Below, piece by piece: positions 1-6,357 of a DNA stretch of 24,393 nt. Each line of letters opens with the position of its first letter. The stretch's first letter is position 1. Source of the stretch: a virus (taxonomy: Duplodnaviria > Caudoviricetes); IMG/VR virus record IMGVR_UViG_3300042387_000498, positions 1 through 24,393 of that record; one strand, given 5' to 3'. A program made the position numbers and the translations under genes. The notes beneath the pieces were generated by a model. It saw only the letters and a program-made list of their open reading frames with translations. It was not told the origin of the DNA and ran no database searches.

Positions 1-434
1 TCATCGCACGAGATGAATCACAACACTTGGTCATCACGCAGAACATCATTAACAAGTGGCTTAGTGGAGATGATCCAGATATGGTTAAGATTGCTAAAGA
101 AGAAGAACAAAATGTAATCAACATGTTTAAACAATGTGTTGAAGAAGAAAAGCTTTGGGCAGAGTATCTGTTTAAAGATGGATCTATGATCGGTCTTAAT
201 GCAAAGCTTCTTCAAAAATATGTTGAATGGATTACTAACCGTCGTATGAAAGCGATTGGTTTGAAAGCAATTTTTGATGTCCCTGCTAATACTAATCCAC
301 TTCCTTGGACTGAGCATTGGTTGAATTCAAAAGGTATGCAAGTTGCTCCACAAGAAACAGAAGTTGAGTCCTATGTTATTGGAGGTATTAAGCAAGATGT
401 TAAGAAAGATTCTTTTGCTGGTTTTAAATTGTAG
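1..434 (+). CDS. nrdB: Ribonucleotide reductase class Ia beta subunit, 3' part (truncated by window start)
   Basis: Frame is open from nt 3 (IARDESQHL, the second ExxH iron motif). It contains NPLPW and APQETEVESY and ends FAGFKL. Confidence 0.96.
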   Translation, partial: IARDESQHLVITQNIINKWLSGDDPDMVKIAKEEEQNVINMFKQCVEEEKLWAEYLFKDGSMIGLNAKLLQKYVEWITNRRMKAIGLKAIFDVPANTNPLPWTEHWLNSKGMQVAPQETEVESYVIGGIKQDVKKDSFAGFKL

Positions 435-485
435 AAAAAAGAAAAAGAAAAATAAACCCATTCCAGATCCTTGGTTTAATTAGTA

Positions 486-521
486 GATAAATACCTCCAT
501 CAGTGATGGGGGTATTTTTTT
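486..521 (+). terminator. Hairpin/terminator after nrdB, overlapped by a T4-type late promoter-like box (GATAAATA)
   Basis: 13-bp stem 489-501/505-517 (one G-U) ending in a T run. ATAAATA lies at 487-493. The GGGGG SD-like sequence of the next gene is in the 3' arm. Confidence 0.7.
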
Positions 522-878
522 ATGCGTGTGCAATCTGCTAAAGCAAAAGGACGTAGGTTACAACAGTGGGTTCGGGATAAATTAATTGAGATGCTCGATA
601 TTCATCCAGAAGATATTGAGTCAAGATCTATGGGTGCTGGTGGAGAAGACCTTATTATGGCTCGTGCTGCTAGGCAGAAATTTCCAATGAGTATTGAATG
701 TAAAAATGTTGAGAAACTAAATATTTGGGAAGCATATGAACAAGCATCTGCAAACTGTGGTGATTATGAACCTATTGTTGTCATGAAAAAGAATGGTAAA
801 AAACCACTGGTAGTAGTAGATGCAGAGTATTATATTCAATTATTCGGAGGAAAATCGGATGAAAATCGATCTTCATAA
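522..878 (+). CDS. PD-(D/E)XK nuclease, Holliday-junction-resolvase-like, conserved phage protein
   Basis: SAKAKGRRLQ N-terminus, GEDL and SIECKN motifs. Confidence 0.7.
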   Translation: MRVQSAKAKGRRLQQWVRDKLIEMLDIHPEDIESRSMGAGGEDLIMARAARQKFPMSIECKNVEKLNIWEAYEQASANCGDYEPIVVMKKNGKKPLVVVDAEYYIQLFGGKSDENRSS

Positions 879-1560
879 CTTTTTTAAACACTATGATGAA
901 AACAATCCTAAGCACGTTGCTGCAGTAGAAGAATTTCAAAAAGCACTTGAACAAAAAGCATCAGAAGAATTAACTGATAATTCTGGTTGGGTTAAAACTT
1001 TTAGAACAAAACAAGATAAGCCAAAATCTGATGTTCTAAGTGTGCCTTGGTTTCCTCAAACTGATAATTACAGAGATGCTCATAGGACTTGCAATTCTTC
1101 TGCCTGTGCTATGGTTCTTGAGTATTTTAAACCAGGAACATTAGCGGGATCAAAAGGCGACGATGCATATGTTAGAAAAGTTTTCTCGATTGGTGACACT
1201 ACTGACCACATGGTTCAGACCCGTGTTCTTGCAACATATGGTATTAAGTCCAGCTTTTCCTATAATCTTTCTTTTACTGATCTTGATAGAGAGCTTGCCG
1301 CTGGTAGACCTGTTGTTATTGGTATTCTTCATAGGGGGACTTTATCTAATCCCACGGGAGGACACATGGTTGTAGTGATTGGTAAAACTCCCCAGGGTGA
1401 TTATATTGTTAATGATCCTTATGGATCATTAAATGATGGATACACTGGATCAGTCACGAACGGTCGTGGAGCCATCTACAAGCGTTCAGAACTAGCCCGT
1501 AGATGGTGCCCAGGGGGTAATGATGGTTGGGGACGTATTTTTGATGCAAAAAAGGCGTAG
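859..1560 (+). CDS. C39-like cysteine peptidase (putative cell-wall hydrolase) with a short N-terminal domain
   Basis: PWFPQ, CNSSACAM (Cys), GGHMVV (His) and VNDPYG (Asp) motifs. GGAGG at 846-850 precedes ATG 859, so that start is preferred over 820. Confidence 0.85.
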   Translation: MKIDLHNFFKHYDENNPKHVAAVEEFQKALEQKASEELTDNSGWVKTFRTKQDKPKSDVLSVPWFPQTDNYRDAHRTCNSSACAMVLEYFKPGTLAGSKGDDAYVRKVFSIGDTTDHMVQTRVLATYGIKSSFSYNLSFTDLDRELAAGRPVVIGILHRGTLSNPTGGHMVVVIGKTPQGDYIVNDPYGSLNDGYTGSVTNGRGAIYKRSELARRWCPGGNDGWGRIFDAKKA

Positions 1561-1602
1561 GCTCCACACTCGATGAATTGCCGAAAGCAGGTGTGGAGCT
1601 TA
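1548..1602 (+). promoter_or_regulatory. Putative -1 programmed ribosomal frameshift signal (A_AAA_AAG plus 3' stem-loop)
   Basis: Heptamer 1548-1554 is in the correct phase (gcA AAA AAG). A 6-nt spacer follows, then GCTCCACAC 1561-1569 pairing with GTGTGGAGC 1591-1599. The -1 frame is the lysozyme frame. Confidence 0.85.
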
Positions 1603-2036
1603 TCAAAGAATTTGAAGGTTGTAAATTAACTGCTTATCCTGATCCTCATACTGGAGGATTGCCAATTACTATTGGTTGGGGAACCACTAAAAAAAGAAAT
1701 GGAGCACCATTTCATCTTGGCGAAAAAATTACTTTAGAAGAAGCTAATGCATTGTTAGAATTTGATATTCGTAATCGCTTTATGTCTGCTTTAAAATCTA
1801 TACCTTATTGGAGTGAAATGAATGACAATCAACGTGGAGCACTTTTATCCTTTGCTTACAATCTTGGTGCTGGGTTTTACAATTCAAGCAATTTCAATAC
1901 TATCTCTCGCAATTTACGTGAGAAAAATTGGAAAGCAATCCCAGACACTTTAAAACTATATCGTAATCCTGGAAGTAATGTAGAAGCTGGTCTTCTTAGA
2001 AGAAGAGTTGCTGAAGGTAAACTTTGGAGTTCTTAA
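1578..2036 (+). CDS. GH24 phage lysozyme/endolysin domain; frame opens at 1545 and is probably reached by frameshift
   Basis: IKEFEG...YPD...ITIGWG catalytic region, ALLSFAYNLG and GLLRRRVAE. Only TTG/GTG starts without an evident SD lie ahead of the catalytic Glu. Confidence 0.92.
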   Translation: MPKAGVELIKEFEGCKLTAYPDPHTGGLPITIGWGTTKKRNGAPFHLGEKITLEEANALLEFDIRNRFMSALKSIPYWSEMNDNQRGALLSFAYNLGAGFYNSSNFNTISRNLREKNWKAIPDTLKLYRNPGSNVEAGLLRRRVAEGKLWSS

Positions 2037-2275
2037 TCTTCTTCTACTTTAGTTCTTAATGCAATTACTGTAGTAAGAATAGTCAGTAAAGTTTCATACC
2101 CTCTTCTTTCAGATTCTTTGCAATCTAAAGGTGGAGGGTTTTTTAATTCTCCCTTGGCATTTGCATTATTAATTGATCCTGGAAGCATAAAGTTGCATGA
2201 AATAAAATTTACTCCAACAAATCCTATTACAGAACAACAAACTATAAAGATAAGTTTATTTAAATTTAGTTTCAT
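2033..2275 (-). CDS. Small hypothetical membrane protein
   Basis: Hydrophobic N-terminus and short hydrophobic C-terminal stretch. ATGA overlap with the upstream minus-strand ORF. Confidence 0.65.
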   Translation of the reverse strand: MKLNLNKLIFIVCCSVIGFVGVNFISCNFMLPGSINNANAKGELKNPPPLDCKESERRGYETLLTILTTVIALRTKVEED

Positions 2276-2463
2276 CGTCCTTCTTGTTTATGGATCCACG
2301 TTTTAAGTTCATGTAGATATGTTCTTAAACTATCTGCTTTTTCTAGATGCCATTTATCTCCACTCTTGAAATACTCTTGAGTGTGGTTATCAATTGCTTT
2401 TAATATATTATGAATGGGAGCGTTCCATGGCTCCCTTTTCGGAGTGTTCCATTCCCGTGGCAT
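2272..2463 (-). CDS. Hypothetical protein (MPREWNTPKREPWN...)
   Basis: 63-aa ORF coupled to its neighbour by an ATGA overlap. Confidence 0.7.
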   Translation of the reverse strand: MPREWNTPKREPWNAPIHNILKAIDNHTQEYFKSGDKWHLEKADSLRTYLHELKTWIHKQEGR

Positions 2464-2605
2464 ATAAGTTCTGCTCTTTGTAAATGGTTAATTTTTCTAT
2501 AAGGTTTTCGTATTTTTCCCAGAGATATTCTGAACCAGTATTTTGTTGGTATGTTTTACAAGCAAGAACCAAATATTCAATATCAGTTTCTTTTAATGTA
2601 TACAT
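2408..2605 (-). CDS. Hypothetical protein
   Basis: 65-aa ATG-started ORF heading the short minus-strand cluster; overlaps the next ORF by 56 nt. Confidence 0.55.
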   Translation of the reverse strand: MYTLKETDIEYLVLACKTYQQNTGSEYLWEKYENLIEKLTIYKEQNLYATGMEHSEKGAMERSHS

Positions 2606-2636
2606 GGGTCACATCAGATCTATTAATATATAGGGG

Positions 2637-2665
2637 TTGACAAAGGCTAAATAATCACTTATAAT
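2637..2665 (+). promoter_or_regulatory. Consensus sigma70-type promoter
   Basis: TTGACA 2637-2642, 17 nt, TATAAT 2660-2665. A TAAATA late-like box lies in the spacer. Confidence 0.85.
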
Positions 2666-2672
2666 GTCTATT

Positions 2673-2762
2673 CGTCATGAGATCGTGGCGTGATTTAGAG
2701 CCCAGGAAGGTGCCCACCGAGAGGTGTGGTGTACCCCCCTTCTATTGGGATGTAGAGTTCTA
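2673..2762 (+). ncRNA. Putative structured 5' leader RNA of the RlpA-like gene
   Basis: GC-rich island with nested pairings: TAGAGC/GTTCTA, CCCAG/TTGGG, GAAGG/CCTTC, GGTGC/GTACC and CACC-GAGA-GGTG, plus a 5' hairpin at 2673-2690. Confidence 0.55.
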
Positions 2763-2771
2763 TTTAAATTA

Positions 2772-3134
2772 ATGCTTCTTAAAACAATTTCGATCCTTAC
2801 TTTTGCTATTACAGGACTAGCACCCCTGCAGGCAAAAGCAGCAAGTGGTTGTTCACTTGCATCACATTATGGAGTGGGTGATGGTTATCATGGGCAGACA
2901 ACTGCTAACGGTGAAAGATTTAATGCTTATGGAAAATCAGTTGCACATCGATGGCTTCCTTTCGGAACCAGATTAAAAGTTACAAATCAACGAAGTGGTA
3001 GGTCAGTAATTGTGCGTGTAAATGATCGTGGTCCCTACGTTGGTGGGAGAGACCTTGACTTGTCTTATGGTGCGTTCTCCGCTATTGCCCATCCAGGACA
3101 AGGGGTAGCAAGTATTTGCTATACTAGGGTCTGA
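2772..3134 (+). CDS. RlpA-like (double-psi beta-barrel) lytic transglycosylase with signal peptide
   Basis: ASHYG, TANGERF, AHRWLPFGT, VRVNDRGPY and DLDLSYGAF motifs. Signal peptide ends AKA; start moved to ATG 2772. Confidence 0.9.
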   Translation: MLLKTISILTFAITGLAPLQAKAASGCSLASHYGVGDGYHGQTTANGERFNAYGKSVAHRWLPFGTRLKVTNQRSGRSVIVRVNDRGPYVGGRDLDLSYGAFSAIAHPGQGVASICYTRV

Positions 3135-3173
3135 TGACATAATAAATAGAGGGGAGTGATGCTTCCCTCTCAT

Positions 3174-3584
3174 ATGAAATTTAATTTTTCTTTTGGTAAA
3201 AAGAAAGCATCTATTAAAACTATTGTAGTTCTATCTTTAATAATAGCATCACTCTCCTCTTGCTTAAAGATAGAAGAAAAAACTATCTGGGATATTGTTT
3301 ATGAATATCTTCAAACATATCAACCAGATTCTCCACTCATTCCAGAACTTCAAAAAGATCCTGGCATAGTGGAAAGAGATGTTAAGCGTACAGTGGATAA
3401 AGCTATCCGAGATTATGAACGCTTGACAGGAGACGATGGAACTGTTAGAATGCCATCACCTCGGTACTCAGAAAAATCAGTTGACACCTCTGTGTGTTAT
3501 ACTGATGAGTGTCGATCACTTGGTGGGGAAATGAGGTTGTGCTCTCCATGGGTTGACAACTGCCCATCAAGTGTGGTAGAATAA
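3174..3584 (+). CDS. Hypothetical protein, putative lipoprotein
   Basis: Basic N-terminus, hydrophobic stretch and LSSC lipobox-like motif. Preceded by AATAAATA (3141-3148) and a hairpin at 3148-3170. Confidence 0.65.
   Translation: MKFNFSFGKKKASIKTIVVLSLIIASLSSCLKIEEKTIWDIVYEYLQTYQPDSPLIPELQKDPGIVERDVKRTVDKAIRDYERLTGDDGTVRMPSPRYSEKSVDTSVCYTDECRSLGGEMRLCSPWVDNCPSSVVE
3423..3451 (+). promoter_or_regulatory. Sigma70-type promoter inside a CDS, upstream of the tRNAs
   Basis: TTGACA-17 nt-TAGAAT with an extended -10 TG. Confidence 0.55.
3553..3582 (+). promoter_or_regulatory. Sigma70-type promoter for the tRNA pair
   Basis: TTGACA-18 nt-TAGAAT, 12 nt before tRNA-Arg. Confidence 0.6.
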
Positions 3585-3594
3585 ACGAGTGCTT

Positions 3595-3668
3595 GGGTTA
3601 GTAGCTCAGATGGATAGAGCCACAAACTTCTAATTTGTTGGTCGGGGGTTCGAGTCCCTCCTAACCCG
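3595..3668 (+). tRNA. tRNA-Arg(UCU)
   Basis: GGGTTAG/CTAACCC acceptor stem, ACAAA-CTTCTAA-TTTGT anticodon arm, GGTTCGAGTCC T arm. No encoded CCA. Confidence 0.95.
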
Positions 3669-3671
3669 CTC

Positions 3672-3744
3672 GGGCGATTAGCTCAGCGGTAGTAGCGTCT
3701 CCCTTACAAGGAGAATGTCACTGGTTCGATTCCAGTATCGCCCA
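3672..3744 (+). tRNA. tRNA-Val(UAC)
   Basis: GGGCGAT/ATCGCCC acceptor stem, TCTCC-CTTACAA-GGAGA anticodon arm, GGTTCGATTCC T arm. The D stem is imperfect. Confidence 0.93.
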
Positions 3745-3760
3745 TTACTACATAAATACT

Positions 3761-3958
3761 ATGGACACGGATCGTTATATTAAAATTCGCAAAGAACTTG
3801 ACGATATAAAAGGAATGATTGAAAATGTTAATAATCAGATGCAAGAATTGCGGAGTGCAATTAGAGGAGCACCCAACGAAAACAAGGTGTTGCAAATGCG
3901 AGAATCTTACCAGCATCCGTGGTGGAAACATCACGGCAAACGATCTAACGTTAGTTGA
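3761..3958 (+). CDS. Hypothetical coiled-coil-like protein overlapping the next gene
   Basis: ATG directly after CATAAATA; heptad-like N-terminal half. Confidence 0.4.
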   Translation: MDTDRYIKIRKELDDIKGMIENVNNQMQELRSAIRGAPNENKVLQMRESYQHPWWKHHGKRSNVS

Positions 3959-4073
3959 GATTGTTTCTGGGGTAAGAACTAAAACTCAACCAGTTCTTAC
4001 TAAAGAAGATCTTGCATTTCAAGAAGCAAGAAGACAACGTAAAGTTCGTAGATTGGATTTTGAAGTACGATGA
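3825..4073 (+). CDS. Small Cys-rich (zinc-ribbon-like) cyanophage protein
   Basis: CKNC...CCKC motifs and basic C-terminus RRQRKVRRLDFEVR. AAGGA lies upstream of ATG 3825. Confidence 0.8.
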   Translation: MLIIRCKNCGVQLEEHPTKTRCCKCENLTSIRGGNITANDLTLVEIVSGVRTKTQPVLTKEDLAFQEARRQRKVRRLDFEVR

Positions 4074-4186
4074 GACACTTGATTGTTTCTATTATGGAAA
4101 TCCCTTGGTTGGTGGCACTGATGGGAGGTATGTTAATTATTCCTCCCATCTATGGTATAATGTTCATACATAAAAAACGTGCATAA
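4070..4186 (+). CDS. 38-aa single-TM membrane peptide (not in the ORF track)
   Basis: MRHLIVSIMEIPWLVALMGGMLIIPPIYGIMFIHKKRA; ATGA overlap with the upstream gene; fills the gap exactly. Confidence 0.65.
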   Translation: MRHLIVSIMEIPWLVALMGGMLIIPPIYGIMFIHKKRA

Positions 4187-4213
4187 ATATTGGTAGACAA
4201 ACTTGTTCTACCA

Positions 4214-4570
4214 ATGAGAAAACATAAATGTGGTCATTGTGGGGAAACTGATCCCACCAAATTTTACGGACATAAAAAATCTGTATGTGGTTCCTGCCAT
4301 AATAAATATACTCTTGAGCAGGGTAAAAAGAAAAGAGAATTTATTATAGAACAATTGGGTGGTAAATGTGTTGCTTGTGGGTATGATAAATTTAAATCTG
4401 CCTTGCAAGCACATCATCTTGATCCCAGTGTAAAGGATAAAAACTTTGGTTCTATACGAGGATGGAGCGAGCAACGTATTCTTGACGAAATTAAAGGATG
4501 TGTGCTATTATGTGCTTGTTGCCATTCAGCAGTTCACTCTGGTGAACTAACTATCCCGAATGTCGCCTAA
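4214..4570 (+). CDS. HNH-type endonuclease, putative free-standing homing endonuclease
   Basis: CGHC/CGSC zinc motifs, then GGKCVACGY...LQAHHLDP...CVLLCACCHSAVH. Late-promoter box and hairpin upstream. Confidence 0.85.
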   Translation: MRKHKCGHCGETDPTKFYGHKKSVCGSCHNKYTLEQGKKKREFIIEQLGGKCVACGYDKFKSALQAHHLDPSVKDKNFGSIRGWSEQRILDEIKGCVLLCACCHSAVHSGELTIPNVA

Positions 4571-4631
4571 CTTGGTCATGGCACCTGCTTTGGGAGCAGG
4601 AATAATCTCGGTTCAAATCCGAGCATTCGGA
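4556..4631 (+). tRNA. tRNA-Pro(UGG)
   Basis: CCGAATG/CATTCGG acceptor stem, CCTGC-TTTGGGA-GCAGG anticodon arm, GGTTCAAATCC T arm. Confidence 0.93.
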
Positions 4632-4655
4632 CTTGTCTATTCAGACAAACTACTA

Positions 4656-4901
4656 ATGAATTTTACTGTTTACTCTAAACCTGGATGTCCATACTGTATT
4701 AAGATTCAAACCTTATTGGATCTTAATGAGTTTGAATACAAAGTATATACTTTGGATACTGACTTTACTAGAGATCAGTTTTATGCTGAGTTTGGTGAAG
4801 GTTCTACGTTTCCTCAAGTAGTACTAAATGATCAAACTCTTGGTGGATGTTCAGATACAATTAAATACCTTCAAGAAAACGATATTTGTTGTAATGTATG
4901 A
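4656..4901 (+). CDS. Glutaredoxin (NrdC-like)
   Basis: VYSKPGCPYC, TFPQV and GG motifs. True start is ATG 4656, because the longer ORF runs through the tRNA. Confidence 0.93.
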   Translation: MNFTVYSKPGCPYCIKIQTLLDLNEFEYKVYTLDTDFTRDQFYAEFGEGSTFPQVVLNDQTLGGCSDTIKYLQENDICCNV

Positions 4902-5089
4902 TTGAAATTACCCAAAAAGAATTTGAATCTAATATTGAGCATTACATGGATCTCATTGAAAAGGAAAGGAAAGAATTTATTATTCGCCTTGAGGACGGCA
5001 ATGCTGTAGCAGCTGTGCCAGTTGATGAAGAGATCCAAAAGCTACTTGACATTATGCCAGAGATAGACTATACTGACATCGATGATTAA
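4898..5089 (+). CDS. Small protein, Phd/YefM antitoxin-like pattern
   Basis: EITQKEFESNIEHYMDLIE...EFIIRLEDGNAVAAVP resembles the Phd/YefM N-terminal pattern; acidic tail. Confidence 0.55.
   Translation: MIEITQKEFESNIEHYMDLIEKERKEFIIRLEDGNAVAAVPVDEEIQKLLDIMPEIDYTDIDD
5046..5074 (+). promoter_or_regulatory. Sigma70-type promoter
   Basis: TTGACA-17 nt-TATACT, 24 nt before ATG 5099. Confidence 0.7.
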
Positions 5090-5098
5090 TTAATCACT

Positions 5099-5332
5099 AT
5101 GGAACTTAAAGAACAACTTGAAATTGCAGAAGATGCAGTTCGTAAAGCACTAATCATTGCATTAGAAGAAAAAAAAGATTTTAAAGCAAACAAACTTTTT
5201 AAAGTTCTTGGCGATATTCGTGAGGTAATGCCTTTGCGATATGAGCCAGGTACTGCAAGCACATTTAGTATTACTAGCACTCCTGATATTATTTCCTTTG
5301 GTGGAACTGATTCAGGTATCTGTCTCGGATAG
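5099..5332 (+). CDS. Hypothetical protein
   Basis: 77-aa ORF with a helical N-terminus, downstream of a promoter. Confidence 0.7.
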   Translation: MELKEQLEIAEDAVRKALIIALEEKKDFKANKLFKVLGDIREVMPLRYEPGTASTFSITSTPDIISFGGTDSGICLG

Positions 5333-5365
5333 ACATTAAACTTGTCCTGGTGGAGTCAATTACCC
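5321..5365 (+). repeat. Pseudoknot-like repeated element, copy 1
   Basis: TGTCT-CGGAT-AGACA hairpin, A-rich linker, GTCC complementary to the loop, then TGGT. Similar to 5559-5601. Confidence 0.55.
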
Positions 5366-5373
5366 TAAATGCT

Positions 5374-5571
5374 ATGTCAGAAGTTAACATGAGGTTTGTC
5401 GAAGAACTCGACACAGGTGATAAAGTAATCACGTACTATAGCGTGAGAGAGCTTGACAACCGTTTTTACTATGTGTATGATGGTGTCAATCATGGTCCTT
5501 ACGAGGACTTTGACGATGCTGTGGAAGCAGCATATGAAGATCTTATTCTTCAAACAACTGTCTCGGGATGA
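5374..5571 (+). CDS. Acidic hypothetical protein (start uncertain: 5350, 5374 or 5389)
   Basis: ORF containing FYYVYDGVNHGPYEDFDDAVEAAY. Confidence 0.65.
   Translation: MSEVNMRFVEELDTGDKVITYYSVRELDNRFYYVYDGVNHGPYEDFDDAVEAAYEDLILQTTVSG
5453..5481 (+). promoter_or_regulatory. Sigma70-type promoter inside a CDS
   Basis: TTGACA-17 nt-TATGAT. Confidence 0.55.
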
Positions 5572-5601
5572 CATAAAAAGCGCCCTGGTCGGGATACCCC
5601 C
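5559..5601 (+). repeat. Pseudoknot-like repeated element, copy 2
   Basis: TGTC-TCGGGAT-GACA hairpin, A-rich linker, CCC complementary to loop GGG, then TGGT. Confidence 0.55.
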
Positions 5602-5616
5602 CTCTCCTTGGTAAAT

Positions 5617-6357
5617 ATGAAAACAATTTATTATAACGTTTATGACTCTCTTGGCTTTTTGGGTCAAGATGATTTGAGTGATAGTGTCTGGTTTGATGAT
5701 AGATTTTTGGACAATATTAAATCTTCTTACTTAGAAGAAAATAAAGATGTTCCTTTCTATCAATGCCCTGCTTGGTCTCATAAAGTAAAGAGAACCTTTA
5801 CTGTTAAATCTCCTATTGATATTAAATTTGATATTGATTTTGAATATGAGCCACCAATGATCTCTAGCAATTTAGATCAAAGTATTTTTGATTCTATCAT
5901 TAAACCAACTTATGCACAAACAAGTTGGTTTCTTAGAGATCCTGATAGATTGATATTACAATTAGCTATTCCAATTTTATTTTGTTGGACTAATGATCGT
6001 AATATTTGGATAGAGCAAAAGCCACATCCACTTACTCCTTTGAAAAATAATTTTTCTTTAGTTGGCGGGTGGTTTAATCTATCATCTTGGTCAAGACCTT
6101 TATCTTTTGCTTTAGATATTTGTGATGTCACTAAACCATTGATAATAAAAAAAGGTGATCCTATTTACCAAGTTAGTTTTTATTCTAAAAATTTGAACGA
6201 AAACTATAAGCTTGTTAAATCTATTCCTAGTGAAAAGATTAGAAAGCAAACTCAAAGAAATATAGCTCTAAAGTATTATGGTAGACATCTTACTGAGGAA
6301 CATATTTTTACCGAACAAAAATCTAAATGCCCATTTAGTTTCTTGTTTAATAAATGA
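5617..6357 (+). CDS. Hypothetical protein (CPAW and C-terminal KCPF motifs)
   Basis: Long AT-rich ORF; ATG 5617 follows GTAAATA. No function recognised. Confidence 0.8.
   Translation: MKTIYYNVYDSLGFLGQDDLSDSVWFDDRFLDNIKSSYLEENKDVPFYQCPAWSHKVKRTFTVKSPIDIKFDIDFEYEPPMISSNLDQSIFDSIIKPTYAQTSWFLRDPDRLILQLAIPILFCWTNDRNIWIEQKPHPLTPLKNNFSLVGGWFNLSSWSRPLSFALDICDVTKPLIIKKGDPIYQVSFYSKNLNENYKLVKSIPSEKIRKQTQRNIALKYYGRHLTEEHIFTEQKSKCPFSFLFNK

Noticed and set aside
1-434. Intron or intein in nrdB (also considered for psbA)
   Set aside because: The visible parts of both genes are uninterrupted; the rest lies outside the window.
1558-1629. Stop-codon readthrough of the peptidase TAG, or lysozyme initiation at ATG 1573
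   Set aside because: Both are in the peptidase frame, which stops again after about 22 codons and does not encode the lysozyme.
3481-3503. TTGACA...TATACT promoter candidate
   Set aside because: Spacer is only 11 nt.
3704-3934. 76-aa minus-strand ORF
   Set aside because: Antisense to tRNA-Val and to plus-strand genes.
4560-4655. N-terminal extension of the glutaredoxin
   Set aside because: It runs through tRNA-Pro; the glutaredoxin fold starts at ATG 4656.
5321-5601. CRISPR mini-array or att-site interpretation of the repeat pair
   Set aside because: Only two divergent copies about 240 nt apart, and no cas or integrase gene in the window.
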